From NCBI GenBank assembly GCA_904063045.1, contig CAJFCJ010000005.1, forward strand, positions 1,441,988 through 1,505,987: DNA of 64,000 nucleotides, read 5' to 3'. Under the pieces are notes generated by a model. It was not told where the DNA came from. It did not search any database and was given only the letters and a program-made list of their open reading frames with translations. How positions within the stretch are numbered: the first letter of the stretch is position 1; every line of letters begins with the position of its first letter. The stretch comes from Dimorphilus gyrociliatus. Its lineage: Eukaryota > Animalia > Annelida. Shown here piece after piece: positions 1 through 12,352 of this stretch. The position numbers and the translations under genes were made by a program.

Positions 1-389
1 AATAGTTGCTTAACATTCCAATTGAATAAATGGGTTAAATGTACTATGTTAAGGTTATTTTAAAAAAATTTTCAACCTAGACTACCTACTAATACGCTAT
101 AACGTAAAAAGGATATCTGCTTTCAGGTCAAACGTAATAAATCCTAAGTCGCTTCTTTCTCTCCCTGCTCCAAAATCTGGCACCTTTTTGCTATAAAAAG
201 TAAATTAACTTTAATCTCAAATATTTATTATACTTGTAATACTTACACAACAGCTTTTACCGTATTTATGCTCACTTTCGAATCATTTGTATTCAAACAA
301 GTCGATAAGAAGCATAAAAATGTTAAGGCTGCCATTACGCTTAGAAAAAAAGCAAAAATAGTGTTTAGTCTAGACAAAAAGGTATTCAT
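1..389 (-). CDS. SPCS3: Signal peptidase complex subunit 3 (SPC22/23), 5' part; 3' end lies before the window start
   Basis: Not in the ORF track. Exon 1 247-389 gives MNTFLSRLNTIFAFFLSVMAALTFLCFLSTCLNTNDSKVSINTVKAVV; exon 2 117-190 gives KKVPDFGAGRERSDLGFITFDLKA; exon 3 (40 and below) gives DLTHLFNWNVKQL. Matches the SPCS3 signature RERSDLGFITFD..AD L..FDWNVKQLF. Confidence 0.96.
41..116 (-). other. U12-type (minor spliceosome) AT-AC intron, 76 bp, SPCS3 intron 2
   Basis: Minus strand reads GCAG|ATATCCTTTTTACG...AAATAACCTTAACATAGTAC|ATTTAACC. It has the ATATCCTTT donor, a CCTTAAC branch site and an AC acceptor. Removing it restores the conserved reading frame (KAD-LTHLFNWNVKQL). Confidence 0.93.
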
Positions 390-873
390 TTTTGGATTTT
401 TATGTAGACCCAACAATAGGCCGGCGATATTAAGGAATCTTACGTGGTATTGTAAAATTCTCTTTACCAGTTTTTTGGGTATGACTAGAATGCAGTCAAC
501 CCAGAGCGATAAAACATTCTCGACAACTAAATCGTCACAAACCCTTTACTATAAATTAATTAATAAAAAAATCTCTAAATTAAAATACAATTTTGATAAA
601 TTGCCTTGTCTTGAGCCACTGCTTATCATAGAAGACGTAATATCTCAGTGGAATTGCTAAATAAATATTTTTTTTTTATAAAGATTACACAATATTTGCG
701 TAAAAAGTTTTCTTTGGATAGATCAGTTGGCTTTGAAAACATAAATGAAATTAATCAGATATAGTAATTGTTAATTATTTATATTCTTTTGATATTTTAA
801 TTCAATTCTCTCTTATCAAAGGCAAAAACTAAAAAGTTTAAAAAGCATAAGTATGGAAAGTTTAAATATTATG

Positions 874-2415
874 TCAGAGTTCGGCATGAAAAGTATTCAA
901 ATTAGGATCAATTTTCTTATCGTCACCTTTCCATTTATAATACGCTAATATAGCAGAGTTTCTCGCACTAATTATCGACATTTCAATAGCACTGGCTAAA
1001 CTTTCTATTGCATTATTATAATACAAATTATCCGCTAAAATGAAGCTGTTGGTCAGTTGCGGAGTAGAGTATTCTGGATAAGCTTTCCAGGAAATAACCT
1101 TTTTCTGTCGAATATTTTTAAACAGTTTGTTCAGCTGGTTGTCAGTTAACTCGTTGTTGGAAAATATTTTATATACAGAAAGATTTTTCATCTGTTCATT
1201 GTCACTATTGTAGTTAATTGGAGTTTGTTTTCCAATAGAATTATAAAATGACTTTATTGCAAGAATTACTTCTGGTTTTTCTTCGCCAAATTCCCAGAAT
1301 GAACTATTTAACTCTGCATTTACAAAGGTTGCAACTGTTTGATGCATTTGTAATGAAGGAAACTCCATTTCAAATCCAGATGTTTGCAGCATGTCTTTCT
1401 CCAAAGGAGCTGCAATAATAACTATATCATGAGAAAATTTCTCTTTGTCCGCAACTAGTGTAAATTTGTTATTATTTCTTTTAATGGTCATAATTTTGGT
1501 ATTTAAATGAACTTTTGCTTTTGATACTTGTATGAATCTTTCTACTAATCCCTTATTTCCGTTATGAATAGCCCAGAGACCTGATTGTATACCAGCCATA
1601 CATACTGATCCTACGAAAGCATGAGTTTCGTCTTGACCGTAATTCGTCCTTAAAGCAGCATTAGCAAAATCCAACATATTTTTACTCATTCCTGAACTCT
1701 TTAGAAGTTCCATCAAGGTTGTGTTAAGATACTTAGAAAATTCAACGTTCATAGCAGTTAAAAGCCCATTTGGATGAGAATAGCAAAAGCTCTCTGTTTG
1801 TAAATCATAAATATTTTCGAAATCTCGCAACATTCGTGATACGAGAGATTGAATTCTTATAGAGTCCAACTTGAAAAAATACAGCATTTGCATCAACTTC
1901 AAAATTTTATCTCGATACGTGTGAAGAATAACTTCTTTGTCATTTTGAACGAGGGAAAAACTTATATCAAGGTTTGATTCTCTTTGCTTTAACCCTGAGT
2001 AGAAAATTTATATTATGGTTAGAGAAATATTCTACTAGATGTCAAAGTATAAAGTCAATTTTACCGAAAAGCTTTACAAACTGCTTTGCATAACTATTTC
2101 TTGGATGTATAATTGATCCTCCCGCCTCAAAAAAATGTCCATCTATTTCAACCGTCTTCAGGCGCCCCCCTATCGAATCAGTTGATTCATAAATGTGAAT
2201 ATCAGCTCTTCTTGAATAAAGTCTGCTTAACCAAAAAGCTGTACTTGCTCCTCCGATTCCTCCCCCAATGATCCCTTTAAATGCGGGCAGATTTTCTGAT
2301 TATATCGCTCAAAATATTTAAGGATTTTACCTATATTAGGGAGTTTCTTCTCTTTAACTTCACTCTTCCCCAATAAGATATTAATCAATAATATTAATAC
2401 GAACAAATAATGCAT
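874..2415 (-). CDS. PCYOX1: Prenylcysteine oxidase 1 (FAD-dependent), 3 exons
   Basis: Exons 2331-2415, 2065-2274 and 874-1994 with GT-AG introns. Signal peptide, Rossmann motif IGIIGGGIGGASTAFWL...IGGRLKT...FEAGGSIIHPRN, WKAYP and LYYNNAIESLASAIEMS; ends in KDEL-like HAEL. Confidence 0.93.
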
Positions 2416-2743
2416 TTTAATTTTCTATTTGAATTAGTAAAGGTAAATTACAACAGAACTGAAACGAGTGCATTTATATTTGACCTTGACAGTGCTATTT
2501 GAATTGATAGAAAAGATTACATCAAATAAAAGTACTGAGATTTTCGAGGTTACTTTAAAATTTTAAAAGAAGATGTATTTTTTTAAAACATTTTTCATTT
2601 AATAAATTAAAATTAATAAACTTACAACTTGTGATGAAATCTTTATTTTGCAGAAATGGTATAAAAAATTATAAATAAATAAATGATATAAAGAAATAAC
2701 TACATGTATTTTTATTCAATGGTTTTCGCACTTGATGCTTATA

Positions 2744-5292
2744 TTATGAAATTGCTTTATATTTACAAGCTAACATACACCATGCAGCAATTGCTGATTC
2801 TGGATAAGTGAATACTCTAACTCTTACAGCCATTCGAACTTGGTCACCATTACAAGTTATAATCTCTTCACAAACAGGTGATCTGTAAGGAGTATATATT
2901 GAAAGCAGGAAAATAAATTTCATTAAAATACTTTAAACAAGCTGAAAAAGCCCTCTTTGCGTTATTATGAACAAATTGAATCGGATATGCTTTAAAGGTG
3001 TGTCCATCAGGAACTAAGCGTCTCACTGAATCTTGAAATTCGTCATTGCCACAGTTACCTACACCTGAATTAGAAAATTATTAATTAAAAATGTGGTTTT
3101 ATTAATTTATTGATACTTGTTACCTGTTGTCCTCTCAAATTCATAAGAGGCTAATGCTGGAGTGAGAAGGTATCCCAAATGATCATCCCAAACAGTGCTT
3201 AATCCTTTATCCTAAAATATTAGAACTATCAATTTTCATTTTTCATCTAACATAAGTATACTGTACTGCTCGATAATCCGCCAAAATTATTTTTAATTCC
3301 GTTTCTAAATCATTACTGGCCGTCGCTGAATCTATAGTTGAAGATATAAGAGGTGGAATAACTGGCCACGGGGGTGATGTTGCTTGCTCTATGGATTCTT
3401 CAGACATTTTTTTCCAGCTAGATTCTTCTTCTAAGTTAAATTTACATACATCCACTCTATCCATTGACTGATTATTAGCAAAAAACTTTTTATCATTGAA
3501 TAAGCAACCAATAGTTTTATAAGGATGGTTTTGCTTTCTTTCAACTTTTTCATGTGGTAAATCATCAAGCGATATGGGAGAATGCTGATACCTTAATACA
3601 GAATATTGATAGAAACAATAATAAAAAATTCTTGTTTTTAAAAATCAGTACCTTTGACCCGTTAGACTCTCCCAAAACATTACTTTTCCGTATGTGTCAA
3701 TAGTTACAACCCATGTATGTGCGGACCCTTTCATCTTTGTTCCAACCGCCACGTATGCATCTAGTCCGAATCCTAAAAGTAAGCAACAGAGCAGAATAGC
3801 ATGATCCTCGCAGTCCTAATTAAGAAAAATTTATATAAGAAAAGGGAATTTGGGATCAATACTTTCAAAACATTATTACTCCTTTATTTCGACAAAGGAA
3901 AGCATGAATAGAGCTCCATTGCTCTACTCTCTCACCAGCCCCAACACAGGATAATTTTTCATATCCAATTAAAGCTACAAATCGAGCTGCCTGACGAGGG
4001 GTATCTAACAAACGACTTGCTCTTAAAGGTTTAATGAATGAGCAAACTACTCGATTTACTCCGTTTTCATCTTGTGCAAATATTTTTACTAAACGCTCTC
4101 TATGTAGAGTTCGAATCTGAAAATATTCATCGGTGCAATTATTTAGGGCACACTAATCTTATTGGGATACTATACTTGCAAATACTCTTTCCACCACTGC
4201 TTAGCATAAATTAGGAATAGTCGCTCTTTTTCAGAAGCATGATTCTTTTCCAAAGAAATCTGCCCATTGAAAATATCATCATCCACAATTTGCCCTTCAG
4301 AAAAATGGGGAATAAATTCTAATTGTATATCCAGTATGCCAACGGTAACTTTATTCTCTGCCCCTAAAGAATTTATAATTAATGCCATGTATTTTGTTAT
4401 TGTACAAATCTATAAATGACTTACCAACTCCAAGTAATTCTATTGACTTGACCAAACTACAGTTTGACCTAGTCAAAATGGCTCTCCATTCTAGGAAGTG
4501 AGATGATACTATAGTATTATCTCCTGTAATATCCGACTTAATTAGCACCATATGGATTTGATCAGGCATTCCGATTAGAGCTGAAGAACCCAAGGGTCTC
4601 TGATTTCCTCCTTATTTCAAAAAGAGAAATTAACATTTACAAATTTACATTTATGCTTATTTTTATACCATATCTATCTTTTCCCAATTCCAGCAAGAAA
4701 CCTTCGTTAAACTCGGGTTCAACTGTGCAGGAGGTAGGTTTTGATTTAAAGCGTTGTCCTTGAAAATATATATGCAAAATAAAGAAGGATGGCACACGTC
4801 CTGAAGTTTGAACTGCTGCATCATTTTCGAGATGCTCAATGAAAGCTTTACCCCCAGTTATTTTTAAGTACAAGTATCGATGAGTAGGATCGATAGGAAC
4901 TGAAAAAAAAAGAAATTATAAACAATTTATTAAAGTGAGATTTCAACAACTTTTCTTTGGTTTGGTCTGAGTATTTCTAACTTTTTGAGGTAAATAATCA
5001 ATAGAAGGGTCGCCGGTTTCAATATTCAGACGATTCATGACTTCGTCTAAGACACCTTTCTCCTCTATTTTTCGCAATAAATCTTCTTCGGTCATTTCAT
5101 CTATCTCAGCCTTTGTCATGCTTTCTGAGATCACGCTTTTGATATGAGATTGAATATCAACCTATAATTTTTTTGGAGATATTCCACAAGTTCTATCATG
5201 TTTATATCATGATTTATTTTATCGCTCACCTGAGACAGCTGTGTGCTAATAATCTGACGGAGTTCATTCTGTTTCTCTTGTGGAAGGGACAT
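2744..5292 (-). CDS. CEP76: Centrosomal protein CEP76 (C2 domains plus transglutaminase-like domain), multi-exon
   Basis: Starts MSLPQEKQNELRQIISTQLSQ; contains YLYLKITGGKAFIEHL, LHIYFQGQRFKSKPTSCTVEPEFNEGFLLEL and AKQWWKEY; ends RVFTYPESAIAAWCMLACKYKAIS*. Many short GT-AG introns. Confidence 0.93.
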
Positions 5293-5689
5293 TGTAATAA
5301 TATATTAGCTATCTCTGTTTGTTAAAAGTGATAGATATTTTTACGTTGTCCAAGAAATTAATGAAACTTTGAGGCCCGATTCGTATTCGGAATTTTTTCG
5401 GTAAAACTAGGTGTCTCTAAACACTGCAAAGGTTAGTTGTCTCGAAACAAAATATTGTTTATTAGATCGCGCCGCAGTATTGGTTTTCTATTATGGATAT
5501 GAAATTAGTTGTCAAGCATTTCATGATCTTTAGATATAATATCCTCAAACTAGTTAATGAAAATTGGCAATGTCAAAACATTTAATACTAATATCTTAGA
5601 GACTGTTTTAATTCGTCAAATCACCCTCAGATGTTATGGATTAGTTAGATATTGACTTAAAATCGATCAGTATTTTTATTTCGTGTTAA

Positions 5690-8600
5690 ATGACAATGAG
5701 AATACTTTTGATTTTTACAATTCTTCCGAGCCTTTGTCGACATGAAACAGTCATAAAAAATCGAATGCAAGAAGAAAATATTGGAAGTTTGGCAGGTGAT
5801 GTCCAAAACTGGGCTACTCTAATACAAAACTACATCTTACAGGTGGGTGAAAAATGAGCATGTTCTTAACAGCAGTTAAAATGTACATTTGAATGACTAT
5901 CTATGCTAAATTAACAATCATTTACTTTTTGTCCATCTCACATCAGTTAGCTGAAGAAGGTATTAGAAGAAAGTATACTCAATCATTGTTTGACACTGCC
6001 AACTACACTTTTGATGAAAAAGATGGAGCTATTTTAGTTCAAAATGTAAAAGAAACTTTGGGTGATTACTTTAGTATGAAGACGCAAGCTGCTCAGAGGC
6101 TTGCTGACAAGGCCGTAGAAGCTTATGATAAATGGTTACTAGATGAAAATAAAGTTACATATGACAATCTCCACAAAATGCCTCGAGATATATATCGCGA
6201 TTCAGATATTCCAAGTACTTTGGACAAAGGAAAATACAGCGTGTTCAAATCGTAAATATTATATTTAATATCCACTAATGACATTAACTAATTTTCTTGT
6301 GAATGTACAGAAAATTTAGACAAGTTATTTTCCTAAATTATTCAACGGTTAAAATATCTGATGATGTGCCAAGAAAAGATCCCAATACAATAAAAACAGT
6401 AAACTGGACAAGGGCATTGGAAGATGTTATGATTGATAATGCTAAAAAAGATCCCCAATTAAGATGGCAATATTTTGGATCCACAGCAGGACTTGTTCGA
6501 TTATACCCTGGAAGGGAATGGGATACAAATTTTGCTGGCTTTTATAATGACTATGACCCGCGGCTTAGACCCTGGTATATCGGAGCTACATCTGGTCCCA
6601 AAGATGTTGTAATTATTTTAGATTGCAGCTTGTCTATGAAAGGTGAAAAATTTTCCATTGCTCAAGCAGTGGCAAAAACTGTAATCAATACACTCACCAG
6701 ACAAGATTACATAAACGTTATCTGCGCACGAGCATCTCATTGGGATGAAGTTGGAAAGTAAGTTTTATTTTGAATATGTTAATGATAATCTAATACAGCT
6801 GTTGCTTTTCCAGATGGCACGAGTTTGGTAGTCAAGTCTTAAGTTGTAGAAAAGATAGCCTTGTTCAAGCGACTACAGCTCATAGAAAAGACCTTATAGA
6901 GAAAATTTATAGATTAGAACCAGGCGGTACATCTGAAGTGGAGTCGGTTTTTTCTTATTCTTTCTTTCTAAGTAATATCAAATTAATATTGTTTTTCAGA
7001 AAAGGCTTTGAAAAAGCTTTTAAACTGTTAGCTGGATCAATTCGAACTGGCTGTCAATCTGTAATTGTGTTTGCTACTGACGGTAGAGACACAGATGGAG
7101 AACAAGTAAGATGTGGTCCTGGATATTATACTAGGAGTGGATATGTGGCTGGACCGATTTGTAAATATAATTGGACTAAAGTTTGGCAGGTTACAAATGA
7201 AAAAAACAAATTGCTAGACCCTCCGGTAAATTATTAATTACAATAAACAGTTTCATATCTAATCTTATTCTCAGGCAAGAATTTTCAGCTATCTTACGAA
7301 AGATGAGGGGGAATTATTTCCCGGAAAATTAGCTTGTGCTCACGGAGGAAGTCTAACAAAGTTAGCTAACGGAGAAAATTTGATAAATCAGATGCATAGG
7401 TATATACGCTTTGTTTCAAGGAGTGACATAGTTAATTTATGTTATTATAGCTATTTTGACTTCTTATTCCGAAATGCCAAGTCAACAATGGGATTATGGA
7501 CCTCCCCTTACATAGATGCATGGAAGTTAGGCCTTATGGTTACATATTCTATTCCCTGTGTAAGCAAGGTTAATGGAAGGTCTGTAATTTTCAAAATAGT
7601 TGATCTTAAGTTTAATTGATTATGTTGAAAAGTACGATAGGAGTGGTTGGAGTTGATGCAACTCTAGAAGAAATTGAAGCTAAAATTTCCTTGCATCAAT
7701 GGGGAACTGTATACTCTTTTCTCATTAATAAACAAGGAGAAGCAATCTTTCACCCTCGCTTGACACCCAGTACTAATGTGAGTATGCCTTTTAATTGTGT
7801 ATTATCTGTCGAAGAACATTATTTTCATATACAGTAATATTTTCACATATTCAATACTTATATCATAACTATTTTGTAAAGCAGGTTGCAATACTTCAAA
7901 GTACGTTTTAAGGAAATATGCTTCGAGCTATTAGTTTTTAGTATATGAAGAAATTAACACATTTGATTGTAGAGCTTTAAATGCTTTTTTTTAAAAAAAT
8001 AACAGCTTTTGAAAAATAAAACATCGAATACAGCCTACTAATTAATTATATATTTTATGTCAACAGCTAGTGGACGATCCTATATTTATACCCATAGAGC
8101 AGCTGGAGCAGACTCAGGGTGAACCTAGAAACTTTAGCAGAGTAGTAGAGGAAATGAAAGCTGGTAAAACAGGACAACTCACTATAAAAAATGCTAGAAG
8201 AGGAATCGGTGGAAAGGTTTTATATATATTTTCTTATTGCCATTGTTTAATAGCTCATGTATTGTTAGACTTTTATGGATGCTACATATTACTATGCTGC
8301 CCTGAATGACTCCGAATATGCTTTCGCCTTTAGTATGGCAGATACAGACAAAGTATATTGAAGTTTTAATTTTTCAAAAAGTTTCTTGAACCAAGAGAAC
8401 TAATAATTCAATTTTCACTTCAGACATTTAGACGGGCTCAAACACCTGTCGATTTAGACAACTACGATAAATCATATTTCAATTTGCTAATAGAATACAA
8501 CAGCTCAACAGCCAAGGAAGCTTTCCCTGGGACATATGATTATTTAGATGTTAGAGACAATGAGCAAAAAAAATATCCTGGGTTAAGGGTATCATATCTT

Positions 8601-10303
8601 CATTCTTCAATATTTCTCGCTCCAAAATGTCATTGTGATCCCACGGCGTATTTCTATGATGAAGACTTGGCGCAGAAAACTGTTGAAGCGCACAAATACA
8701 TAAATTCTATGACAGATGACTTCGGATGCACAAATCAAAAAAGTAAATATGAGAGAGGTGTGCGAGCTGATGTTCTAATTACTCAGCCCGTCGAACGACT
8801 ATGGAGAGTTAGGAATTTTGATGGAATTGATACCGTGAAATGGACATATGTTGGGATGAGAAGCGGGGTGTTTCGAACTTATCCTGGTCATCGTTCTAGA
8901 AGATTGTATGATCCATCACAGTAAGATTTTTGTTAAACTTTTGTGTTATACTGCAGAATTGTAATTCCGTGATATTTAGGCGACCATGGTTTAAACGAGC
9001 TTCTTCCACTCCTTCTAAAACATCAATATCAACCGCATACATGGACGCTGCAGGAGTTGGAAAAATCATTACTATTTCACAGGCAGTATTTGAAGGAATG
9101 CTTGTCCGGGAAGACACTTCTGAATGTGTTAAATCCAAGAAAAAGGAAGAACTATTGCCTGGAGGATGTCCGTGTGAAACTGATACTGATTGCCTCAGTG
9201 GCTTTTGTTACATCAGCGAGGCTCCAGGAATCAATAGAGACAAACCGAGATGTGCTACGGAGAGGGTGGAAGCCGTCACCAGTCTAGATATTCTTTATGA
9301 AAAGTAATACTTTTCAAACAAATTTAAGAAAATGGCTTAAACTATTATGTTACAGGTTTCATAAGATTACTTTTGAGAAAATGAAGGCAAGTGACAAGAA
9401 GAAGTCGTGTAATCAAACTTATCCATGTTCTCATAATAAGAAACAATTGTGTAAAACTAGGTATAATAATCAATTCTGTCAATATAAATCATGATATTAA
9501 TATTTAATTTCAGATGTTACCTATTTGACAACGCTGCCTATTTAATAACCGACCGCGAATTTGTTAAGGCATCTCCTCTGGATACAAGCAAATACAAGGA
9601 TGTAACTCTTGGAAGAAAAGAGGGAGAAGTCATGAAAGAACTTATTTACAAACACTCATTTTTCATGCGTCAAGAGAAAATAGACTTTCAGGGTAAATGT
9701 CGCATTTCGCCATATGCCCCAAAAGTGACATTATCAGGAATTCCTCAGAATCCAGAAGAACAAGACAACTATTATCAAAAGAAAGGTCCAATTCCAAAGT
9801 TTTCTAATGAATTTGGATGCATAACGGACGTTGTTGCTTATGCTGTGAATGCATCAGCTTTGGGAAGTAGTGGAATGATCGTCGGGAATGTTTCTGGTCC
9901 GTGTATGTCAGGATTTTATTACGTAGTCGCTCTGCCAAAGACCAATTTATTCTTACTGGTAATAGAGGATTGGATTCAGTATAAAAATTCCTCATTTTTT
10001 AATTTTAATTGCAAAATTGCTCAGAGGTTTGCTTGAAATTCCATTTTTCGCAAATATATAAATTCTATTTATTACAGCATTGTCAATTCAGGAGCGTACC
10101 GAATCATTAATGGGACATGCGCTCATAAAGATACAACAAAAACAACCTTAGCCGAGCAAGGCAAATGTCCAGTTTTAAGGAATATTGATATTGAATGTAA
10201 ATTTAATAAGTCTGATAGACTAATGTTAACATGGTCATATATTTTCTCATTGTTACCATGTCTCTGGAGTAATGTTGAGAGTATTGTTAGATTTTTTAGA
10301 TAA
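5690..10303 (+). CDS. VWA and Cache domain protein of the calcium-channel alpha2delta/CACHD1 family; probably secreted and GPI-anchored
   Basis: Signal peptide MTMRILLIFTILPSLCRH; LRWQYFGSTAGLVRLYPG...YDPRLRPWY; VWA domain with DCSLS, GGT and TDG MIDAS residues; Cache motifs WTSPYIDAW and GVVGVD; second dCache YDPSQRPWF...AYMDAAGVGKIITISQ; short hydrophobic C-terminus LMLTWSYIFSLLPCLW. About 15 short introns, some boundaries approximate. Confidence 0.88.
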
Positions 10304-10628
10304 TTATTGATTTAAGTGATTTACGTTTACTAAATATTTCTTGTATACTGATATAGGAATATGCTCGTTTTGTTATGTGCTGTTAATATGTGTGTCTTTG
10401 TAGAAATTTTCGTTATTTTGAATAATTTCCAAGAAAGCAGATAACCCAGATTTTTGTTTTCGAGAAAAATAAATCTATTAAATACATACATAATTGCATG
10501 CCCTAATCTCTTGGGATACCTAGCTTCCATTTCAAGTTCTCGAAATTTATTCTAATTATCAATCTTTAACAATCTAACATTTCAAAAATCTTTGACTTTA
10601 TTTCATAATTATTTAAAGTTCTGATATT

Positions 10629-12085
10629 TTAAGCTTTACCAGCCTTTTCCATAGCTTTTAACATAGTCGTACCCATTTGAGCGGGGCTCATTGTAACATC
10701 AACGCTAGCATCTTTAAGAGCTTGTATTTTTTCTTCAGCTCCACCCTTACCTCCTGCAATTATAGCTCCAGCATGACCCATTCTACGACCTGGTGGAGCT
10801 GTTAAACCGGCGATAAAGGAAACAACTGGTTTTCTGTCTGGTCCCTGGAAAGAAAAGTTCAATGTTAGCGTATGTGTGAAATTCGCTCTGACAACTAACA
10901 GAATTATGCTCTGCCAGATACTCTGCAGCTCTCTCTTCAGCCTGCCCACCAATTTCACCAATAAGAACAATACCCTCAGTGTCTGGATCTTTCAAGAACA
11001 CTTCCAAGCAGTCGATAAAGTTGGTTCCATTAAATGGATCTCCACCGATTCCAACACATAAAGTCTGACCCAAACCAACTTGGGTTGTTTGATGAACAGC
11101 TTCGTACGTTAAAGTACCAGATCTGGATACAATACCGATTTTTCCGGGCTTATGTATATGACCAGGCATAATGCCAATCTTACATTGTCCTGGACGAATT
11201 ATTCCTGGGCAATTCGGACCGATAAGTCTGAAACAATAAAAATTTGTACAAAACTAAAGTTTACATTCTCACTATTCAAACCTGCTCTTAGTTTGGTTGA
11301 GTAGTTTTCTCTTTACTTTAACCATGTCCAATTGAGGGATACCCTCAGTGATAACCACAATCAATGGAACCTCAGCATCCAAAGCTTCAATAATAGCTTT
11401 AGCCGCAAATTGAGGCGGAACGTATATTACAGTAGCATCGCAATTGGTTGCATCTCTTGCTTCCTGTACTGAATTAAATACTGGAAGTCCCAAATTTGTC
11501 TGTCCACCTTTTCCAGGCGACACTCCACCAACCATTTTCGTTCCATATTCAATGGCCTGTTGACTATGAAACGTGCCTTGGCGTCCGGTGAAACCTTGGC
11601 AAATGACTTTCGTATCTTTGTTAATTGAAAGTTGTGGGCGAGTTTGAGTGTAACAAGTTCTAGCGAAGATTTGGCGGACTGAAATGTTGAATAAAATCTT
11701 AACTTTATTGTTAAATTTTTAGTAAAAGTTCGTGAATATATCTTGTTTTAATATTATATAACTAACAACACAGCGAATAGCAAATCAGATATTTTTTCAT
11801 TAACTATGAAAAAAAGCAAAGGCGCTCGTATAAGTTACGATTAACAAGGTAATTGAAAATTTTCCAAAAACTTGAGTGCCGAAAGTCAAGGGCATGACGG
11901 ACAAATCATGTAAACATCTAATACGTTATAATATTGATACAACAGTTGTGAAAGAGTTTACCAAATATTCAAAATTATATTATCTGTCTGAAATTACAAT
12001 AGAAAGCAAAATCGTGCCACGAAAGATATAATAAATGTTATATTTTACCAGGTAATCTTGCGAAAATTCTACTAGAGGCCGCCAT
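10629..12085 (-). CDS. SUCLG1: Succinate-CoA ligase alpha subunit, mitochondrial
   Basis: Exon 1 12049-12085 ([12 protein letters not shown]) splices in phase 1 to 11702: [11 protein letters not shown]...[16 protein letters not shown]. Also [34 protein letters not shown] and the phospho-His motif GRRMGHAGA. Confidence 0.97.
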
Positions 12086-12089
12086 TTTG
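12078..12089. promoter_or_regulatory. YY1-consensus motif (GCCGCCATTTTG) overlapping the SUCLG1 start codon, inside the short SUCLG1/TASOR-like divergent promoter
   Basis: Exact CAAAATGGCGGC on the minus strand. Similar AAATGGCG contexts occur at the SNX14 (46743) and TNFAIP8 (47933) start codons. Function is inferred only. Confidence 0.4.
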
Positions 12090-12352
12090 AAACTCCAACA
12101 ACGAAATGGCCATTGCACTCTGATACGTTGAAAAAAACAACAAGTTTCGTATATATTAAATTTTTTATGGTAAATTAGTAAAAAAATAAATATAGTTTAT
12201 CTATGCTTTTTAATGTCTTAATATGTAATAATTACGAAAACTTCAATATGGTGAAAAGCCAGTTTGGAACCTGAAATGTTATGTTTTTCAGCTTAAAGTT
12301 AAGAGATCGGTGATTTTTTGCAAGGTGTTTCTCTGAAATAATAAAGAAAAGA

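Noticed and set aside
268-660. 130-aa plus-strand ORF
   Set aside because: Antisense shadow of SPCS3 exon 1 and its promoter; no family features.
9057-9287. Overlapping 76-aa alternative-frame ORF in the alpha2delta-like gene
   Set aside because: Short, without a plausible start or splice context; the main frame carries the Cache motifs.
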